Shown here piece by piece: positions 18,055 to 26,863 of a DNA stretch of 64,000 nucleotides. The first letter of the stretch is position 1, and every line of letters begins with the position of its first letter. The stretch is from IMG/VR virus record IMGVR_UViG_3300011559_000001, positions 96,001 through 160,000 of that record. One strand, 5' to 3'. A program made the translations under genes and the position numbers. The notes beneath the pieces are model-generated. The model was not told the DNA's origin. It did not search any database and was given only the letters and a program-made list of their open reading frames with translations. The DNA is from a virus. Its lineage: Duplodnaviria > Caudoviricetes.

Positions 18055-19812
18055 ATGGCTACGACTGAACAGCTTTTGAAGTTGAGCTCCCGTGGGGCCG
18101 TTGTCAAGATCATCAACGATGAGAACAGCACGCTCTTTGACGGGAGTGACGCTGGTCCGTTGGTGATCTCTGAACCACTGAAGTTGGGTGAGACCCGCAC
18201 TGAGGTGGAACTGACCATTCGCCGTCGCCTCAGTGGCGATGACGTGTTGCCCCATCAGGGACGCTTGGCGTTTCGCTTCAACCGATTGGACGTGGAGAAC
18301 ACGCTGTACGGAAAGCTCAATGGCTTCCGTCCGCCGATGCCTACCTCCACCCAAGTCTTGCTCGATGAGCTGACCAAGCGCACCGGAATCAAGTTTGAAG
18401 CTGAGAACTTCATTCTGGAAGACATCATCCGCAACAACGCTGCGCCGTATGTGCTCAAGGCCCGTCCGGAATCGCTGCGTTGGGTAGGGTCGATGGAAGT
18501 GCAGTTGATTGATCTGACTGACCTGTCTTCGTACATTCCCGGTGGGTTGCCCAGTGGGAAACAAACGCTGCAGTTCACCGCCCCGGTCACCCGCACCCGC
18601 GACAACCAGCCGTACCTGAACGGTACGCCGTTCCGTAAGGACATCGAAGCACTGTCTGAGGGGAGTGTGGTTACGGCCACCAACCATCCCTTGTACACGC
18701 TGCTGAGTAAGACGGTCGGTCCGCTCGGTGCGTTCTTGCGCGACAGTAGCAACCCTTGGAAAGTGCAGTCCACTGCGGTGGCCTACAACCTCAACGGCGC
18801 ACAGGTCATCAACAAGGCCGAAGCCCTGTCGGGTTTGAATCCACAAGTCCCTGCTGCCAACGTGGCACTGCGGGTACGACTGGGTGCATTGGATTCGCTG
18901 TACGGTGACAAGGATCTGTTGATCCCCTACGCCATCACCAACTTCAATGACAGCTCGTTCAATGACGTACCGCGACTGAAGGCCACTGCCGTGGTCAATG
19001 CCAGTAACGGTACCCCGTGGAACAAGTGGTTGAATGGGCTGGTGGCACCGTCAGTTATTACGTCTCTGCCCAATGGTCTGAATCTGCGCTTCAGTGGTCC
19101 GAATCTGTGGACGGCTAACGCCAACACGCCCAGTCCGACCAACCTGTACAACGCAGTGGTCCAGTACAACGGTTCGCGCCGTGCGTATGACATCCGGGGT
19201 TACTACCCTGAATGTAACCGTGTGGTCGTGCTGACCATCAGCGACAAGAACACCGCCTACCAAGGCAATCTCACCTTCCACTATCGTGCACCGATCATGA
19301 TCAATGAAACGATCCCGGATGCCGAGTTGGGCACTGACTTCAACTTCAGTCTCAATCCCAGTGAAGGTGTGGCACCGTACACGCTCACCCGTGTCTCTGG
19401 TGCACTGGCTACCGATCATGTCCTTACTGCCGATCACCGAATCGCAGGTCCCACGACTCAAACGGGTAACTTCCGCGTCAGCTATGACGTGAAAGACGCC
19501 GCTGGGACGGTGGTGCGCTACGGTTTGGAATACCGTGTGGTGGTGGGTGTGCTGCGCATCGTCAATGCGCCTCCGGCAGCCACTCGCAATCAGCCCTATG
19601 AATTCGTCTTCGAGATCAAGGGTGGTATGCCGGCCTACACCTACCGGCTGATCAATAACAGTGGTGGCAATGAGCTGACGTTGCCTTCTCCGTTTACCCC
19701 GCGTGTGACAGGTACGTTCACCGGTGCTGCCGGTACGCGCTCCTACGCACTGGAGGTAACCGACAGTCAAGGCTCGGTGTTGACGTACAGCTTCACGGTC
19801 ACCGTGCTTTAG
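18055..19812 (+). CDS. Baseplate/tail paralogue with two C-terminal Ig-like domains
   Basis: N-terminal FNRLDV...LKARPESLRWVG family domain; C-terminal G.APYT and GGMPAYTY...VTDSQG putative-Ig repeats; GAGGA RBS. Confidence 0.75.
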   Translation: MATTEQLLKLSSRGAVVKIINDENSTLFDGSDAGPLVISEPLKLGETRTEVELTIRRRLSGDDVLPHQGRLAFRFNRLDVENTLYGKLNGFRPPMPTSTQVLLDELTKRTGIKFEAENFILEDIIRNNAAPYVLKARPESLRWVGSMEVQLIDLTDLSSYIPGGLPSGKQTLQFTAPVTRTRDNQPYLNGTPFRKDIEALSEGSVVTATNHPLYTLLSKTVGPLGAFLRDSSNPWKVQSTAVAYNLNGAQVINKAEALSGLNPQVPAANVALRVRLGALDSLYGDKDLLIPYAITNFNDSSFNDVPRLKATAVVNASNGTPWNKWLNGLVAPSVITSLPNGLNLRFSGPNLWTANANTPSPTNLYNAVVQYNGSRRAYDIRGYYPECNRVVVLTISDKNTAYQGNLTFHYRAPIMINETIPDAELGTDFNFSLNPSEGVAPYTLTRVSGALATDHVLTADHRIAGPTTQTGNFRVSYDVKDAAGTVVRYGLEYRVVVGVLRIVNAPPAATRNQPYEFVFEIKGGMPAYTYRLINNSGGNELTLPSPFTPRVTGTFTGAAGTRSYALEVTDSQGSVLTYSFTVTVL

Positions 19813-19821
19813 GACAGAACC

Positions 19822-20385
19822 ATGAGTAATCTCTCGCCCATTTCCGCACTGGGTCGCACGGCCTTGGAAGCGGTGAAAAACCTGTTCTTGGCTGTGTTCA
19901 CCCGGACCTTGGATACGCGCTTTGTGGACTTCAGTCTCGATGCGCAACGTTCGGAACTGGTGATCACCTCCAAGGAAGAATCCGATTCGGGTGAGGTGGG
20001 TATCTATCGCGGGGTCTATCGCTGGCCCTACGGTAAAGCCAACCTCGATTCGATCCTGCCCTACCCGCTGGCGGTGCAGGTCGAATACCCGTTGACCTTC
20101 CGCTCCTTGCGAGCGCAGCTGCAGTCGCGGTATCAGATCTACTTGGAAGAGAACGAGTTCGCATTGACCGTGGGCGGTACGCCGCTGGTGGACGATTCGC
20201 TCTTGGACTCGCCCTTGCAGAATCAGTACGGCCAGTTCCGTCTGTACGCCACGACCAACTCGGCCCGCTTCACCGCCGGTTCGACCTTGCAGTTGATCTT
20301 CATCCAACCGACCAAGCGTGTGTCCTTGCGCACGCTGCTGGACATCAAGGCCCCTGACGGCCTGGGTGTGTTGGTCGGTGCGTAA
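19822..20385 (+). CDS. Baseplate/tail paralogue
   Basis: Y.K.NL...L..RY.I.L...EF...L.A...SARF pattern; AGGA RBS. Confidence 0.7.
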   Translation: MSNLSPISALGRTALEAVKNLFLAVFTRTLDTRFVDFSLDAQRSELVITSKEESDSGEVGIYRGVYRWPYGKANLDSILPYPLAVQVEYPLTFRSLRAQLQSRYQIYLEENEFALTVGGTPLVDDSLLDSPLQNQYGQFRLYATTNSARFTAGSTLQLIFIQPTKRVSLRTLLDIKAPDGLGVLVGA

Positions 20386-20387
20386 CC

Positions 20388-20430
20388 CACTGGGCCCTTC
20401 GGGGCCCAGTGTTTATTCCCTTTCTTTTTT
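20388..20430 (+). terminator. Rho-independent terminator
   Basis: CACTGGGCCC TTCG GGGCCCAGTG followed by a T-rich tail. Confidence 0.8.
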
Positions 20431-20439
20431 GGAGTCGGC

Positions 20440-22053
20440 ATGGCCGGTACGAAGAACATTTACAACAGCGAGCCCCTGGATGTGGTCGTTGAGATGATCC
20501 GCCGGTCCTACGGGATTGTGTTGGATCTGAACTACGCCACGGTCACGGTGGCTGCCACCAGCGGTACGGTCTCCAAGGTGACGATCACGCCCAAGGTGGT
20601 CAATGGCTTCACCCTGTATGCCGACCCGGTGGAATTCTCCATCAACAAGCTCAACCTGTCTGCACGCATCCCAAAAGACATGTGCTACAGCGGTAACTGG
20701 CCCGCTACGGCCAATGAGTTCGCTTCGTTCATGAACTCAGGTTACGGCCTGTTGGTCAAGCTCGGTCAGTGGGAAGTTCTGCACAACGGAGTCACCTATC
20801 CGTTGGATGGTTCGGTACTGATCAATGGCGACATCGACACTGAGCGTACCTTGACGCTGCGTCCCACTGCGCAGCATCCTCTGTTCACTGCTGCCAATGC
20901 CTTCCCGCTGTTTGTCACCGATCCGCAGGAAGTGGCAGAGCGTCTGACAATCACCACGCTGGGCGATGGCGAAGTCAACGTCGGTTCGGAGTCGATGGTG
21001 ATGTTCCGGGCCGTGGGTGGTGTGGGCAAGCTCGACTACAGCATCGTTGAAGGTGAGCTGCCGCTGCCGTTGGCTGAAGACGGTTCGGGTCTGGAAGGCA
21101 CCTATGGGATGACCGGCCAGTTCAATGCGGTGGTGGAAGTGCGCGATCGTCTGGGTCAGACGGCACAGACCGAGGTAGCGCTGGATGTGCAGATGGGCTT
21201 TGTCCATTCGCGCAACTCTGCACCGGAACTGGAGGTGGGCGAGCGCTTGGACTTCCAGTACCAGATCGATGGCGGGTTCCCGCCGCTGCGGATCGAGCAG
21301 GTCGAAGGTCTGCCGCTGGGTGCACGACTGAGCGTGGAAGGTCATCTGACTGGTCGTCCGGAAGAAGGCGAGCACAGCTTCAGCTTCTACGTGCGCGACG
21401 CACTGGGCATTCGTAGCAAGTTGCATGATCGCCTGATGGTCAATGGGCGTTCGCCTGAGCTGGCATTCAACGACACTCTCAACTCCACGCTGTCGTACTT
21501 GGCTGCCGCTGAACCCAACACCGAACAATGGCAAGCCAGTGCGGATTTCCACGGCGTGGCCAACGATAGCCCGGCTGTCAAGTTCAGTACCGGCAGGATC
21601 GACTCGACCAACAAGGCGTTCACGGAAGCTCTGAAGGAATTGACGGTGGCCTTCTGGCTGCAGTCCGCACAGGCTCGTACCGGCGGGTGCATCTACAGTC
21701 ACAGTGATGGTCGCAACAGCTTGGAGGTCTTTGTCGGCGACTACGACGAACACCAAGTGCGTGTGCTGTTGACGGTGGATGGCCAGCAGTATGGCTTGAT
21801 GTCCAAGGCCGAAGACGCAGTGGTGGCTGATACCTCCACAATGATCACCGTCGGTGTGGCTGAAGGGATGCTCTCGTTGTTTGTTGGCGACCAGCTCTAC
21901 GATTGGGTTGCCACGCCGGAGTTCAATCAGCTCTTTGCTGCCAACAGCAAAGGCCGTATTGGTCAGACTGCTGCAGGTCTTTATCAGTGGACCGGGGCGT
22001 TGGAATACTTCCACGCCTACAAGGCACGCCTGTTCCAGGATCAGCTGATCTGA
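20440..22053 (+). CDS. Baseplate/tail paralogue with Ig-like domains and a C-terminal LamG/ConA-like lectin domain
   Basis: N-terminal family domain; GG.GKLDY...G.LP and GGFPP...GLPLG.RL...G.LTG.P Ig repeats; LTVAFWLQ...LFVGDQ...GRIGQ...WTGALEYF LamG-like pattern. Confidence 0.7.
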   Translation: MAGTKNIYNSEPLDVVVEMIRRSYGIVLDLNYATVTVAATSGTVSKVTITPKVVNGFTLYADPVEFSINKLNLSARIPKDMCYSGNWPATANEFASFMNSGYGLLVKLGQWEVLHNGVTYPLDGSVLINGDIDTERTLTLRPTAQHPLFTAANAFPLFVTDPQEVAERLTITTLGDGEVNVGSESMVMFRAVGGVGKLDYSIVEGELPLPLAEDGSGLEGTYGMTGQFNAVVEVRDRLGQTAQTEVALDVQMGFVHSRNSAPELEVGERLDFQYQIDGGFPPLRIEQVEGLPLGARLSVEGHLTGRPEEGEHSFSFYVRDALGIRSKLHDRLMVNGRSPELAFNDTLNSTLSYLAAAEPNTEQWQASADFHGVANDSPAVKFSTGRIDSTNKAFTEALKELTVAFWLQSAQARTGGCIYSHSDGRNSLEVFVGDYDEHQVRVLLTVDGQQYGLMSKAEDAVVADTSTMITVGVAEGMLSLFVGDQLYDWVATPEFNQLFAANSKGRIGQTAAGLYQWTGALEYFHAYKARLFQDQLI

Positions 22054-22088
22054 ATATAACGCCCCCGCCTTCGGGCGGGGGCTTATGC
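22054..22088. terminator. Hairpin with TATG flank
   Basis: ATATAAC GCCCCCGCC TTCG GGCGGGGGC TTATGC. Confidence 0.8.
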
Positions 22089-22149
22089 CGTATCATGTGT
22101 ACTAAGCCATTACGGCTATCAGATTTTTCCGTTGAATAGGACTGTCAAA

Positions 22150-23439
22150 ATGAGTCAGCCAATGTCCATTTTCCAGCGTCTGTTGAACCTGACCGAAGCC
22201 TCCGATGAAGCCGCTGATCTGCGCTTCATGGTGGTCACCTCGGCAGGTCTCCAGCATTTGTCGCTGGCTCAGGCACTGAAGCTTCTCCCGACTACCGAAC
22301 AGGTGGTCACCGAACGGATCATCACCGAGCCTGCGCCGGAGAATCCGTTGATCCAACAACTGGTCGATCAACTGGCCGACTATGAAAAGCGCTACGAGGC
22401 GATGGCCGAGGAACTCTCTGAGGTCCAGACCGATCTGCTCAAGCAGCTGAAGAAGCTCAGCAAGAAGCCGTTCGTTCCCGAAGAGTCGGTGGCCTTGGGC
22501 TACGGTGCTCTGGCCGGGGGTGCGGTGGACCGTGAGAACGTGGCCATTGGTGTGGCCGCTGGTGCTGAGCTGGAAGGTGCTGGCAATGTCTTGGTGGGAC
22601 CGCATGCCGGTGCCAACGTGGACGGTCAGCTGCTGGACTGCACCTTCGTCGGTCACGCTGCCGGCTTCGGCGGTGATCAGGACCTGACCAACGTCACCGC
22701 GCTGGGCGCATATGCCCGCGCCACCGGCGACAACCAAGTCGCGCTGGGTGATTACAACACCAACCTGGTCACGCACTCGGGCTCGCACCGTCGTCAAGAC
22801 GCACGCGATATGTTCGAACCGGCACCGCTGGAGTTGGGCTTGGACTTCGTTCTGGGCATCACGCCGTTGCAGTACCGTGAGGACTTCCGCGACGCCTATA
22901 TCGACTGGGACTCCAAGCCGGTCGAACCGGATGCACTGCGCCCTGAACCGCAGGCGCCGCAGGGGCAGCCCACGGAAGAGGGTTACCAAGGCGAGCTGAT
23001 CGCCTACCGTTCGGACAAGGCGCTGTGGGACAAAGAAAAGGTTGCCTATGAAACGGCGCGTGTTCAGTACTACGTGGATCTGACCCAGTGGGTCGATGAC
23101 AACCGTCTGGCGCGCATCAATGCCGATGGCACCCATGCCGGCACGCGTCTGCACTACGGTTTCAATGCACATCACCTGATCGATGCGCTGGAGCGCTTGG
23201 GGGTGGATGCCTCGTTTGTGCAGGACCACGCCATCAATGGCGGTGAGTCGGTCAAGACGCTGTCCACCGATGAACTCGTACCGATCCTCTGGAAATCCCT
23301 GCAGGACATGCACGCCCGCTTTACCTCGCCGCAGTTCTTGGATGAACTGGCAAGCGCGCTCTACCAACGCCATCAAACGCTCAACGAGGCCACGCAGGCA
23401 CAGACGCCTGTGGGGTCTGATTTGCCGGCCGAAGATTGA
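22150..23439 (+). CDS. Fibre-like protein: coiled coil, YadA-head-like repeats and a degenerate S74 intramolecular chaperone
   Basis: VALGYGA / VAIGVAAG / TALGAYA repeats; GLDFVLGITPLQYR...RLHYGFNAHHL...LSTDELVPILWKSLQDM chaperone pattern. Confidence 0.75.
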   Translation: MSQPMSIFQRLLNLTEASDEAADLRFMVVTSAGLQHLSLAQALKLLPTTEQVVTERIITEPAPENPLIQQLVDQLADYEKRYEAMAEELSEVQTDLLKQLKKLSKKPFVPEESVALGYGALAGGAVDRENVAIGVAAGAELEGAGNVLVGPHAGANVDGQLLDCTFVGHAAGFGGDQDLTNVTALGAYARATGDNQVALGDYNTNLVTHSGSHRRQDARDMFEPAPLELGLDFVLGITPLQYREDFRDAYIDWDSKPVEPDALRPEPQAPQGQPTEEGYQGELIAYRSDKALWDKEKVAYETARVQYYVDLTQWVDDNRLARINADGTHAGTRLHYGFNAHHLIDALERLGVDASFVQDHAINGGESVKTLSTDELVPILWKSLQDMHARFTSPQFLDELASALYQRHQTLNEATQAQTPVGSDLPAED

Positions 23440-23476
23440 GTAATTTCTTACACCACTTAAACGAGGCGAATCAGAC

Positions 23477-26400
23477 ATGTCCCTTGTGTTCAAAAGTTTG
23501 AGTGGCCTTGAAACCATCGCTGCTGGACAGTTGGCTAACAACCAACGCATCACGCTGATCACCGCCCAAGGGCTGGTGAATGCAACGTGGGGTACGCTCT
23601 CCTCCGCCATCTCTGGGCCGCTGAATCTGCGCTTGGATGAATTGGAAGAAGCGATTGCCGGCTCCACCGGTCCGTCGATCTGGCCGGTGGCACGCACCAT
23701 CTCCCTGACGGGTGCAGTCACCGGCTCGGTGGCCATGGATGGTAGTGCGAATGTTTCTTTGGCCACCAGCATTGCTGATGGTTCCTTGGCCCAAGCCAAG
23801 GTGAATGGATTGGTCACCAAGCTCGATGAGCTCGGCACGGCCACCAACAACCGCTGGGGTACCGGTTACACCACCGGTGCCTACGCCACCTCCTACGGTG
23901 GCAACCTCAACTCGCTGGCCGGTGCAACGTTCTTGTTCACCCAAACCGGTGTGACCAATGTGCCCGATCCGGTGGGCAACGGTCAGTTTGTGATCTTGCA
24001 GAACGGACCGCAGAACTTCGGTCAGCAGTTTGCTTTGCGTAATGGCGAGGCATGGCTGCGTGGTCAGAACCTGGGCACGTGGAGTGACTGGCGCAAGCTG
24101 TGGACCAGTGCGAATCTGGATCCCAGTACGCTGTTGCTCAAGACTGACGCGGCCACCGCGGCTACGAAGCTGGCCAACTCGCGCACCTTTTCCCTGACTG
24201 GTCTGGTCACTGCCAGTAACGTCGCTTTCGATGGTACGGGCAATGTGGCTCTGGCAACGTCGATTGCCGACAACGCCCTGACGATTGCCAAGGTGAATGG
24301 ACTGGGTACGGCGCTTGCCTCCAAGATCCAGCAGTACGGTTCGCTGATGAACGTGTCGTTGAACACGGCCAATATCACGGGCGTCTACGGTCAGTCGGTC
24401 GACGCGTACGCCACCACTGCCAACAACTATCCGGTTGTAGGCGCGGTGGGTGTGCTCAACGTCACCAACCAAGAAGGTCTGATTGAGCAGGAGTACATCA
24501 CTTCGTCCAATCAGCATTGGCGCCGTATCTTCAACGGTAGTTCGTGGACCACCTGGACGCGCATCTGGGGTTCGGGTGATTTCGATCCGACCTCCAAGTA
24601 CGACAAGAGTGGCGGTACGATCAGTGGTAATGCCAACGTCGTCGGTACGTTCGGCGCTAGCGAAGCGATCACCGGTAAGAACTACGTGGCCACGTTGGCC
24701 TACACCAACTCGCGCATCTTCGGCTTGGCGCTGCCGCGCCCGACTGGCCTGACATCCGGTGTGGTGTATGGTTCCGACTATATCGGACTGGCCACTACGG
24801 TCAACAACCCGTTGGCCAACCACGAGCTGAAGATCACCGATGCCGGTGCGCTGCTGTTCAAGGACCAACCGGTTTACCATGCCAACAACTTCGATCCGGC
24901 CAATCCGGTTCCGACGGCAGGTCTGTTGAACATCGGTGATCCGGGCTCGTCCAATCTGCGCTTGCGCAAGGACGGCTCGTACTCGATCGACGGTGGCTCC
25001 ACGTGGGCGCAGTTCGGTGGTGTGCAAGACGGTACCGATCCGCGATTCAACACCGTATCGATCGGCGCGGACACCGACATCCGGTTCTACGAGGACCAGG
25101 CCGGAAGGTTGGCCCTGCGCACCGGTAGCTCGACGGCGTACAAGTACTTCACCTTCGGTGCCAACGGTGACTTTGCATTGGACGGGCGTGTGTTTGTCAA
25201 TGCGACCAGCGAAGTCTGGCACGCAGGCAACTTCAACCCGACTTCCAAGCTCAATGCTACCGCTACGGCGACGGCTGCGACGAAGTTGGCGACCGCTCGC
25301 ACCATCAACGGTGTCGCCTTTGATGGTACGGCCAACATCACCATCACCGCGCCGACGGTTCTGCCGGATAACCCGGTCTTTACTGGACGGGTGCAGTTCG
25401 ACGTCAACAACGGCACCACGGCAATGGCTTGGTTGCGCGAGTACGGTGCCAATGGCATTACCTTCGATGCGGCCAATGCGGACAACTCCGCTTACGCCCC
25501 GTTGAACTTTGCAGCTACGGCCCTGACGTTCAACAACCAGACGTTGTGGTACGCCGGTAATTTCGACCCGACCGCCAAAGCGGATAGGAACAACGCCAGC
25601 TTCACCGGTACGGTGGTCTCCACCAACGGTTCGTTCCGAGCGCAAGGTTGGGGCGGCACCGCCACCAGCGGTGTAGTCTATCTGGGTAGTGGCGATTCGT
25701 ATCTGTTCAAGAATGGTACCTTCTTCAGCTTTAAGAATGCGGAAGGTAACTTCAACGCCACGCTGGATTCGGGCGGCACGATTCACACTACCAATAACTT
25801 CAATCCCGCCAACAAGCTGGACGCACGAGGTTCCTTGGGTACTTCGGCCGCCGCCCATACTGACTGGAACACAGCGACCAATAACGGTTGGTGGATGGCC
25901 AGCGATGCGGCCAACGCCCCGGGTGGTTTGACTGATTGGTTCATCGGTACGGTCACTGTCCACAACGGTGATTGGATCCAGCAAGAAGTTCAGCGCTTCA
26001 CCGAAGGCGGCAATATCATCGGTGCAAAGTGGCGGCGTTGGAAGAAGTCTGGCACGTGGGGTGCGTGGACGCAGGATCTGATCGTGGGTGGCGCATTGTC
26101 GGCCAACCGCGTGGCCTCGGGTTGGGATTCGGGTAATGCCGGTTCGATCTCGTGCTCCAACTGGTTCCGCACCACTGGTCCGACGGGCATCTACTTCTCC
26201 GACTACGGCGGTGGTGTGTACATGCAAGACACCACGTTCGTGCGTACCTACCAGAGCAAGGCGATGGCGGCAGGCTGGTTCGAGGTTAACGGACCTGTCC
26301 ACAGTCCCAACGGAGCAGCCACCAGCGCAGCTTTCCGCGCGTTCGGCAACTACGGTGGTGGCTATGGCATGATCGACGGTAACGCCCACATCACGTTGTA

Positions 26401-26806
26401 CTCGGTGAGTGGGCACTTGAACTTCGGCTTTGGCCAAAACGGCGTCGCAGGTAAAGCGTCGTTGCAGTCGGACGGTACGTTCTACGCCACTGACTACGCC
26501 ATCAACTCCGATGCCACACTGAAGACCGAGATTGCTCCGTTCAAGTACAATGGACCGCTGCGTCCGGTGCACTTCGAATGGATTGCCTCGGGCCTGAAGG
26601 ACTTTGGCTTCATTGCACAGGACGTTCAAGCATCTTATCCGGAAGCGGTCGAAGTTGACCCGCAGTACGGTACGCTGCGTCTGAAGCAGGCCAAGCTCAC
26701 GGCCGTGTTGGCTGCGCAAGCCAACGCACAAGGTGATCAGATCGCTGCCCTGCAGCGTGATGTCGCCGAATTGAAAGCACTGGTTGCCGAACTGCGCAAT
26801 CGGTAA
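23477..26806 (+). CDS. Tail fibre protein with C-terminal S74 autochaperone
   Basis: ART..LTG...FDG.AN repeats; knob domains ending W...W...NFDP; SDATLK cleavage motif, GFIAQDV, terminal coiled coil. Confidence 0.88.
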   Translation: MSLVFKSLSGLETIAAGQLANNQRITLITAQGLVNATWGTLSSAISGPLNLRLDELEEAIAGSTGPSIWPVARTISLTGAVTGSVAMDGSANVSLATSIADGSLAQAKVNGLVTKLDELGTATNNRWGTGYTTGAYATSYGGNLNSLAGATFLFTQTGVTNVPDPVGNGQFVILQNGPQNFGQQFALRNGEAWLRGQNLGTWSDWRKLWTSANLDPSTLLLKTDAATAATKLANSRTFSLTGLVTASNVAFDGTGNVALATSIADNALTIAKVNGLGTALASKIQQYGSLMNVSLNTANITGVYGQSVDAYATTANNYPVVGAVGVLNVTNQEGLIEQEYITSSNQHWRRIFNGSSWTTWTRIWGSGDFDPTSKYDKSGGTISGNANVVGTFGASEAITGKNYVATLAYTNSRIFGLALPRPTGLTSGVVYGSDYIGLATTVNNPLANHELKITDAGALLFKDQPVYHANNFDPANPVPTAGLLNIGDPGSSNLRLRKDGSYSIDGGSTWAQFGGVQDGTDPRFNTVSIGADTDIRFYEDQAGRLALRTGSSTAYKYFTFGANGDFALDGRVFVNATSEVWHAGNFNPTSKLNATATATAATKLATARTINGVAFDGTANITITAPTVLPDNPVFTGRVQFDVNNGTTAMAWLREYGANGITFDAANADNSAYAPLNFAATALTFNNQTLWYAGNFDPTAKADRNNASFTGTVVSTNGSFRAQGWGGTATSGVVYLGSGDSYLFKNGTFFSFKNAEGNFNATLDSGGTIHTTNNFNPANKLDARGSLGTSAAAHTDWNTATNNGWWMASDAANAPGGLTDWFIGTVTVHNGDWIQQEVQRFTEGGNIIGAKWRRWKKSGTWGAWTQDLIVGGALSANRVASGWDSGNAGSISCSNWFRTTGPTGIYFSDYGGGVYMQDTTFVRTYQSKAMAAGWFEVNGPVHSPNGAATSAAFRAFGNYGGGYGMIDGNAHITLYSVSGHLNFGFGQNGVAGKASLQSDGTFYATDYAINSDATLKTEIAPFKYNGPLRPVHFEWIASGLKDFGFIAQDVQASYPEAVEVDPQYGTLRLKQAKLTAVLAAQANAQGDQIAALQRDVAELKALVAELRNR

Positions 26807-26845
26807 CATAAGCGCCCCCTAGGGAAACCTAGGGGGTTCTCTTTT
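26806..26845 (+). terminator. CATA-flanked hairpin with T-rich tail
   Basis: ACATAA, then CCCCCTAGG GAAA CCTAGGGGG, then TTCTCTTTT. Confidence 0.75.
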
Positions 26846-26863
26846 GCGTACAAGGACACAACC

